Part shown: in pieces, positions 55,229-64,000 of the stretch
Layout of the letters: each line of letters starts with the position of its first letter
Position numbering within the stretch: position 1 is the stretch's first letter
Source of the DNA: Octopus vulgaris
Lineage: Eukaryota
Direction: 5' to 3'
Length of the DNA: 64,000 nucleotides
NCBI GenBank assembly: GCA_951406725.2
Contig: OX597822.1
Coordinates: 64,542,001-64,606,000, forward strand
Position numbers and translations under genes: made by a program
Notes under the pieces: generated by a model
What the model was told of the DNA's origin: nothing
The model's database searches: none
The model's input: the letters and a program-made list of their open reading frames with translations, nothing else

Positions 55229-55700
55229 GTCATCTTCATCAACATCATCATCAAATTCATTATCGTCAACATCATCATCATTATCAAATTCCTCATTGCT
55301 GCAATCGTCGCCGTCGTTGTCGTCCATTTCCACCTTCTCCCCCTCTTTCTTATCATCATCATCGTCATCATCATCAATTTCACCATTGCCATTACTGAAA
55401 ATGGCGTTATTGATTTCTATCTGGAAAATCATTCGGATACAGGTGGCATATATGTTCCTACACACAGCTACTCACCCCCAGATCAATCAGCAGCAGCATA
55501 TCCACCATAACCATCGACAACCATCACCACCGCCACCACCGCCACCACCGACCACCACCACCAACGACGACTACGATGACAACGTCGACCACGACGACTA
55601 CCACGACTACCACCTTAACCGCCTCCACCTGAACCACCAGCACCACCAGCACCAGCACCCCCACCCCCACCCCCACCACAACCACCACCACCACCTCCAC
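54895..55700. repeat. (CTA)n, (CAT)n and (CAC)n microsatellites
   Basis: Direct reading. Confidence 0.93.
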
Positions 55701-56969
55701 TACCTGTCCGGCGTACTACACAGAGCCTGACCTTTCCGCGGGAAAGATTAGTTGTTTACGTTGACCCCAGTTCTTGACTGGCATCTTATTTTTATCGACC
55801 CAGAAAGGATAAAAGGTATACTTAATCCCGTTTGATCATGTTTTCCAGCGTAGATATTTTCGGTTACATAACACTTAGGTGCTGACCGTTACTTACTTTG
55901 TCAAACCTAGAAACGACGAAGGACAAAAATCGCCTCCATAGCTTTACATTTGTTGACGGTTAAATAGTGTTAGTCATTAATGAGAAATATTTTTGTTAGT
56001 TTGCGACTAGTGAATGTCTTTTATATTTTAGCATTGTGCTGTGGTGTTATTACTGATTCTCTCACATATTATCTTCCTTACTGAGGAATACTCTACCATA
56101 TACGTTTGTTCTTTAAGAAAGTTCTTCTTTCAAGTTTTGTTTTATTGCAATTTGTCCTAGTTGTGAACGTTTGGTAAGCCGGAGAAATAGTGTAGTCAAT
56201 ATAACAGTTAGAGTCGTAGGGTTAACAACTCTCAAGTTAACATTCAAATTGGTTTAACATATCGTGCAGTAACTAGCTTCTTTTAGGCATGTAATATGTT
56301 ATAGATACGAATATTATTAATTCTTAATATATTTGTAGCATAAACTCAGTTTATGGTTGGCTGCAATGATCTACTTTATTAGTTGTTTTGATAATCTGCA
56401 CATTTATTCTATAGCAAATTTGCATTTGATAATTTAATATAATGTAAAACACTTAATTTAAGATTTGTTTATGTTCAGTATATGTAATATTTGACATATA
56501 CATTATGTTGAATTTAAGTTTATATTGTACGATGATTTGGACTATTAATTCGTGTACCTGTTGCTGATAACATACAAGTGTCTGTTTATTCTTGGTTTAA
56601 ATAGTTATTAGTTAATACATTTATTTCCTAGGTACACTAAAGCATATGCATTTATGTCGACACATTAAACTATAAATACACACACAAGAATATTAGCTGA
56701 TGCTTTTATTTCCTTAGTAGTGCAACGTGTGTTAATTTATCTATACACCTTAGTGATAAATGCACACACACACACGCACACACACACACACATATACATA
56801 TCTATGTATATATGTATGTATACTTTGACAGATGGTTATATAATATCAATGACTCCTAAGTGTGTTATCTTCGGTAAACAAGACGAGAATGTCTGGAAAT
56901 TCATTAATAAACGTTGTCACAGAGATTTGTGTACATATTTACCAATACATACATACATACATACATACA

Positions 56970-57057
<88 letters not shown>

Positions 57058-57059
<2 letters not shown>

Positions 57060-57455
57060 CTCCTTTACTTGTTTCAGACATTTGACTGCGGCCATGTTGG
57101 AGCACCGCTTTTAGCCGAGGAAATCGTCTCCAGGACTTATTCGTTGTAAGCCTAGTACTTATTCTATCGGTCTCTTTTGCCGAACCGCTAACTTCCGGGG
57201 ACGTAAACACACCAACATCTGTTGTCAAGCGATGTTGGTGGTGGTGGGGGGGGGGGGGTCAAACACAGATGCACAAACATATATATATATATAAATACAT
57301 ATATACGACAGGCTTCTTTCAGTTCCCATCAACCAAATTCACTCACAAGGCTTTGGTCGACCCGAGGCTATAGTAGAAGACACTTGCCCAAGGTGTCACG
57401 CAATGGGACTGAACCCGAAACCATGTGGTTGGTAAGCAAGCTACTTACTACACAT
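57058..57455 (-). mobile_element. SINE A, full length
   Basis: Reverse complement of the consensus. Confidence 0.9.
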
Positions 57456-57564
57456 CCACTCACACATACAAGGTGCGATTGGTAAATTGTCGCCATTTTA
57501 TATCTTTAATTTCTCGCATGCGTATTGTTTGTTTTTGATTTTGTCGACTGCACACTATATAAAA

Positions 57565-58405
57565 AATATATACATATAAAAAAATATACAATTACATAAT
57601 GATATAAATAAATAATATAAATTAGTAAACATATATATGTGTTCCACACCCAATGTCTCAGTTTTTCGACTTAATATTGTGATAATAAACATATATGTTT
57701 ACTAATTTATATTATTTATTTATATCATTATGTAATTGTATATTTTTTATATGTATAGGAGTGTGAGTATATGCACTCATATGTATATATATATGTTGTA
57801 TTGTGGGTACGCACCCACACCCATGTGGGTATATGTGTAGACGGTGTTATATTACATAATCTCCGAAGAGGCCTTGTGATATTTTTGTTAATGTCTCATT
57901 TATATCTATATATTGACCAACCTTAAAGGGCTAATATTGGTAAAATGAGACATAATTATCGACATGGCCGAAACAGCTGTAAGATCTAATTAATACTTAT
58001 ATTTATATTTACTTGTATTTATATTCTTTTTTATATATATATTCTAATTATTATACAACATTACTCTTTTATGTACACTTTTTTATGTACATTCCTTTAT
58101 GTACACTGATTTGTTCTGCTTTTATATTTAACCCTACAGTCTCTTATGTGGTGGTTTAATAAAGTATGTGATTGAGTATTATCTGGTAATTGATATTTGA
58201 TTTAGATGTATTTCTCCATTTTCTTATCTTGTATTAGTAATTTGTGGTAAATCCTTTTACCTTTGCCCATATAATACAGTAAATGAGTTGATTGCATCGC
58301 AATCATTAACATTTATGTATTAACTTTGTTGGGTACCTCACTAGCAGTATATTGGATATACGTTATCCCATAGAGGGTTGCATTTACAACCCCTATCTCA
58401 ATTTG

Positions 58406-58408
<3 letters not shown>
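57565..58408 (+). mobile_element. PLE pLTR-like element with inverted 5' arm and HHR, ending at (TA)n
   Basis: About 68-bp inverted repeat at 57570-57637 / 57691-57757; HHR at 57859. Confidence 0.75.
57859..57985 (+). ncRNA. Type I hammerhead-like motif, U4C core, very long stem II
   Basis: ATCT CCGAAGA GGCC..TGTCTCATTT[...]AAATGAGACA..GGCC GAAACAGCTGTA AGAT. Confidence 0.75.
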
Positions 58409-58445
<37 letters not shown>

Positions 58446-59493
58446 GATGTATATATATATCTATATATATATATAAATGTATATATGTGTGTGTTAATAC
58501 GTATTTATGTCTGTGTACGTATGCATATATATGGGTGCATATGCACACACGTACTTATACACATGTTTTTCTTATCTTACATTTCACCATGAAGTATTGG
58601 AATATCTGTTAATTTACCGTATTTGTAAATATGCTTTTGTGTTTATGTGTAGAGGTTTGTATGTATACATAAACAAACTTTCATACACACGTTGTGTACG
58701 TGACTATGTTTTTCACTTGTAGTCTATTAATTTAGCATTCAACAAGACAAGAAGACATCCACACCTTAACAGAATGGCACACTTTCCTATCAATATTTCG
58801 GGAAAAGGGCTCCTCATCACATATTTTCTAACCTTCTGTCTATTCAGCAGCTATTGCTCCTCCTGAAATTTGGTGAGTTCAAATGTGTGATGAGGCGTAC
58901 ATTATTGTAAGTTATTGTAAGAGTGATGAGGCATTCTACACCTATTGTGCTTTTCCCTAATACTCTGTATTTCGAATGTCTCTTTGAATTCATTTGGCTT
59001 TATTTCTACCGCATCAATAAATAGCTCATCCTCATCCTTTGCTTTCATTGTTTCCATGGGAAAATATTGGTGCTCAATGCAACCACGAAAAAAACATTCC
59101 TTGTGAAAGAGGACCTTCCTTGCACGCTCTTTTTTGCTTTCATTTAAGGTAGAGCGTTATTTCGTTTGTATTTCTATTGACTTCGACAGTCTTTCATCCT
59201 TAGCAACTCTTCAAACTCTTGTCAGGAGATGACAAATAGTATTACTAGTTGTAACTTAGATCATGTATTAATTTTTCCTATTCATGTCAGGAAAAAGTAT
59301 ACTGAAGTACCTGCATAGTATATAGTATACAGGGGTGAGGGCGAAGCAAAGTGACCCACGGAAGTAGTACAAGACACGTCCATCCATAAGCACATATCAC
59401 ATGAATTGAACCAGTGCAATACTTGAATGATAAACAAAAGACTTAACAGATCTCTGGCTTACTCTTGCCATTGTAGAGCAACTTGTACAAGTT

Positions 59494-59820
59494 GTGAGTG
59501 CAGATGTCACGAGACGCTCTAGAGAACAAAGCAAGTTTCTTAACCAACCTCAAAGTTGTTGTGTGACTGGTAGTTTTATAAGACAGCACCCTTCTCTTTT
59601 TTTGTCTACCTTCTTTGTTTTTCTCAAAGAAGATGCCATCGGGTGATTCTTACTTTCATAGGTGTATTGGCTAGGTTTTCTACAATGTGCTAGTTATCTA
59701 AGTGTTTTTGTTTTGCGTACCTAACGGAGCATAACTTCGTAAGGGTTATGTGATATTCGGTAGTACACAGGACTTCTAATCTATGCTGATCCCTTCATTT
59801 ATCGTGACATCTGCACTCAC
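59494..59820. mobile_element. MITE-like segment bounded by a perfect 19-bp inverted repeat
   Basis: GTGAGTGCAGATGTCACGA / TCGTGACATCTGCACTCAC; no TSD evident. Confidence 0.5.
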
Positions 59821-60644
59821 CACCACACACGCTTATTACACTAAAAAGACAAGAACAAGCCTGGAGTCGATTTTACTGCAAAATTTTCTAATTATCATTC
59901 TAGGACTTCGCTGGTCCAATTAATGTGAACATACGTGTGTGGCACTATTTCTGTTGGTCATTTTGTCTCACCCTCGTTCCTGCATACTAAACGACCACTT
60001 CCATATAATTATTTGTGGTATAAGCAAAAAACAAAAAAAAAAAAAAACGAAAAAAAAACGAAGAGACAGCATACAGCTTCACACATAGTCTGGAGTCTTC
60101 TTTATTTTCTCCTGTGTATGAAAACTGAAAGTCCCTTTCTGCTTTTTAATTTTTTTCGTGAAGCAGAGATATATCACTATTTCCCTTTGCCGGTTTTTGG
60201 ACAAATTCAAATGAAGAGATGCACATATTTGTAACAAAGCGCTGTCACATTTATTTTTTTGGTTTGACCTTGTCTATGTCATGAAACATTTTTGCAGTAC
60301 GAACATCGGCAAATCTGCTTCCAAAACTACTAGAATTTACGCTTGATGGAATTTGTGTTGTGTTGTGTGTGAGTGTTGTTATTGTTTCGTTGTTTGTCTT
60401 TTCACTGCGAATGTTTAAATCAATATTGCCACCGTTTTCTATTACAAAGTAATTTTTTTCTCCACATGTGTCTATTTGTTCGGTATTGTTAGTTTTCTTA
60501 ATTTTTTTTTCTCATTTTCTTTTTCGTTTATCTTTGCTAATAATTTGTTTACCACAAATATTTGACAGAATGTCATATTTCTTTATGTTGGTACTGCCAT
60601 CATTAGCCCAAAACAGGAAGCCGTTTTGAAATATGTTTTTGTAA

Positions 60645-61005
60645 GAAAGTTAAGATTGCTTCCCAACCACATGATTTCAAGTTCAGATCAACCGCGTGGC
60701 ATCTTGGTCAAAGGTCTTCTACTATAGCCTACGGCCGAGCAAAACCTTGTGAATAGATTTGTTAGACAGAAACTGTAAGAAGCGCGTCGTCTCTCTCCCT
60801 CTCTATATGAATATATCGGTGTGTGTTTGCCCCCTACCAGTGCCCGATAACCGGTGTTGGTTTGTTTTGCTTTCGGCAAAAGAGACCGATAGAATATGTC
60901 TGGGTTTAATGAATTGGGCACTGGAGTCGAGTCGTTCGACTAAGGACCTTCAAGGCGGTGCTACAATATGGCTGCAGTCTAATGACTGAAACAAGTGAAA
61001 GATTA
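60645..61005 (+). mobile_element. Diverged SINE A
   Basis: Head and tail motifs; microsatellite nearly absent. Confidence 0.8.
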
Positions 61006-61317
61006 AAGGCAAATTTAAGAAAAATTGTTCAAAAATACTTTTTTCTTAAACAGTGAAAAAATTGTAAAGTAACTGCTTTTAAAAATAATTGAAAACACAT
61101 TCCTTCTTAATTTTAAAACACCTTCATTCTATAAGCCCATGCTACACGACTCAGGAAAAGAATGCTCCAGTTGTTGGTGTAAATAATATAGGTGCAACAC
61201 AGGAATGGTGTATGACATGTCTTGAAAGGACAAGGGAACAACAACGACAACAACAACAACTGCAACAACGAAAATAACAGCAGAAACAGCATCAACAATC
61301 ATACTATCATTATAATA

Positions 61318-61706
61318 GTTTTCAAATTTTGGCACAAGGCCAGCAATTTCGGTGTGGGTGGGTAAGTCGATTACATCGACCCCACTACTCGGCTGGTACT
61401 TATTTCATCAACTCCGAAAGGATGAAAGGCAAAGTTGACCTCTGCGGAATTTGAATTCACAACTTAGGTTCTGGCACTGAGATCGAAAAGTCTTTAAATC
61501 AAGACCAACCTCCTCAAGAACTTGTAGCAAATCAAACCAGGGATATTCCCGAAACTGTCGCCCGGGATCAACTACCAAACCTGTCTCAAAGAAATAGAAA
61601 TACAAGACAGAATTGGACTAAGGAGGAATATATCGAAGTTATGCATGCTTATTATTATTCAACACTAAACCCAGAAACACCAATGATAATAATAATAATA
61701 ATGATG

Positions 61707-61768
<62 letters not shown>

Positions 61769-62010
61769 TTTAATAATAATGATGATGATGATGATGATGA
61801 TAATGATGGTTTCAAATGTAGGCATAGGTCCAGCAATTTTGAGGTGACTGGTAAGTCGCTTTCATCGACGTCGGTATTCAAATGGTACTTATTTCATTGA
61901 TCCGAAGGGATGAAGGCCAAGGTCGACCTTGTCGGAATTTGAACTCAGAACGTGATGACAGACGAAATAGCGCTAAACATGTGTCCGGTGTGCTAATGAT
62001 TCGGCCAACT
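61318..62010 (-). mobile_element. Two SINE B copies (61318-61465 and 61810-62010)
   Basis: GATGAA.G.CAA.GT.GACCT...CGGAATTTGAA on the plus strand. Confidence 0.75.
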
Positions 62011-64000
62011 CTGATAAGGTTGTTGTTTGGACCTTTTCCCTGATAGACGCCATTTATAACTTTCTTCCAGTCATGCCGGCGCTTTACTCCAAGTAAGTTC
62101 TTCCCGTTGTTTCATTCCAAGGTTTAAGAGTTTCCTTGCGTTTAATGAGTTCTGAAAATCTAAGCATTAAGCCTGTATGATATACTGCTGAACGGTTTAC
62201 GAAAACCACCTGTTTTACAGTTTGTGCTCATATCCTGACACAATGTAAGATGTGGACACGGGGATCCAGTCAAAAGCATTTTAATATTAATCTAAAATGG
62301 GCGCATCAACAAGTAATTATTCAACAAATGGTTGAATTATTACTGACAGGTGTGTTACCATGATTTGCTTCAACAATTTGAATAGGCATTTTGGTAGTCT
62401 GCTGGATTTCCTGGTTTTTATATCGCTTTCCAGTTTATGGCTATTTTGCCAAGGTGTGTTATCACTTTCAGATAGATCTCGTCGTCTCCTGCAGCTTTGC
62501 TTGTTTTCAGGTTATTTATTATTGTTTCTGCTTCTTGTTTTGTAATTGATGTCGCTGTATAGTCTTCTTTAACATTAATGGATAGGCCTTATACAAAAAC
62601 CAATATTCTAACCTCGCAGATCTTTAAAATTCCTACACGCAATCACTTTAGTCATGACTTCCAGAGAGAGAGAGAAAAAAACTACTGCTCTTTCTTGTCA
62701 AAGCCAGGCGGTTAAACCTTTTCATTATAGGCGCGGCCAATAATTTGGGGCATGGATTCTAGATTCCTTAATCTATTTGAAATGTTGTCCGCACTGATGG
62801 GAATATCTAAGCCGTTGGATTGTGCCTTATCTAGTATTGTTTTTTAAGCATTTGTCCAGCTTGCTTATTGTATCAGTTGAAGTTCGCACTCTCTGTCCGT
62901 ACCTCATCTATTAATACAATGTTTGGGCTTTGTGTGTTTTCATAATTCTGCTGAAGTTTTTCACTGCTTGCTAACCCTTGGGCTGCCGTACTCTATGTCT
63001 CCTTGAGATATGCTTCTTTTTCAGAAGAATTTTGGTAAATCACCCGCTTTTGTCGTACGCTGCTAGTATTCATTTTAGTCGAGGCCAACATGCACCCACT
63101 TTTGTCATAACTATCAGAGAGAGAATAAAAAACTACTGCTCTTTCTGCTGGAATGTAGGCACTTGGGTATTTTCATTATAGACCCAGCCTGTCTTTGGCG
63201 CGACAGCAGCTGATCGGCAAAATTTCCCAAGGCAGCAATGCTCGGTCATTGAATGTGTCGCGGACATTCCAGGCGAGAGCACTTCCTTACCTGTAGAGTT
63301 TATCTCGAACTGATAATGTTCTCACCGGTAGGAATATCAAGTCAGAGATTCCGAGAAATCATGTGTAGTTCCCCGATAGAAACTCTTCCGGAATATACCA
63401 ACCAACTGATTTTCGTCAATCTCAGACTTTCCATGAAACGTCATCGATCTTACCCCACCATTAATGATTTTTTATAGACTGGTAACGTGGAAGTTGAATC
63501 GACTGCTTTACCCGACTTATAAAGGACTGGAAACGCTGAACAACATTCTAGATGCCACGCATTCGGTCTTCTCTTCGTATGATCCAGAACTGCTTCTCCG
63601 CCAAATTGCAGGAAAGCAATTTACCTGACAAAGGCACGTTTTCTCGCACCTGTTCATAGTCAAGAAATCTCTGTAGATGCTGCAGCTTCAGCGCATGTCT
63701 ATGCCTCTCTTTTCAGTGACAATAATGTCTAGTCAATAGATCTGTCTCCTGTGTGTTTACTCAAAGACAGTTATATCTAAGAATAATACCAAGCTGGAAG
63801 CCTGATATATATTTCCAAGTTCTTCTTTCACACCACATATAACTCTCACAATACCATATCTATACAACTAGATGACGTAATAGATAGATAACTATTCATG
63901 AATGTGCGCGCGCGTGTGTATGTGTGTGTATGTGTATACGTGTACAACTGCCTGTGAGTGTAGATGTATGTTTGGTTATGTAGTTGCGTCAGCATTCATC

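Overview
Repeat-saturated, AT-rich eukaryotic DNA with no recognisable host protein-coding exon. The SINE families and the microsatellite load suggest an octopus (coleoid cephalopod) intergenic or intronic region; this is an inference. Most ORFs in the track are translations of simple repeats. Real content: more than 30 tRNA-derived SINE copies or fragments built from shared modules; a full-length but decayed mariner; remnants of a Tigger/pogo transposase, two CR1/L2-type LINE 3' ends, an RTE-type RT and a Penelope (RT + GIY-YIG) ORF; a small Helitron; and MITE-like inverted repeats. The main hidden signal is about 14 type I hammerhead ribozyme (HHR) motifs in at least 7 unrelated non-coding repeat families. 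Most abut (TA)n tracts, and several form tandem and head-to-head inverted arrays like Penelope pLTRs or retrozymes. The best case is a very young 496-bp unit at 14933-16725 with four intact HHRs and a long G-U-rich stem II. Non-canonical cores also recur: U3-A8 twice and U4C twice. All folds were read by eye and none were computed.
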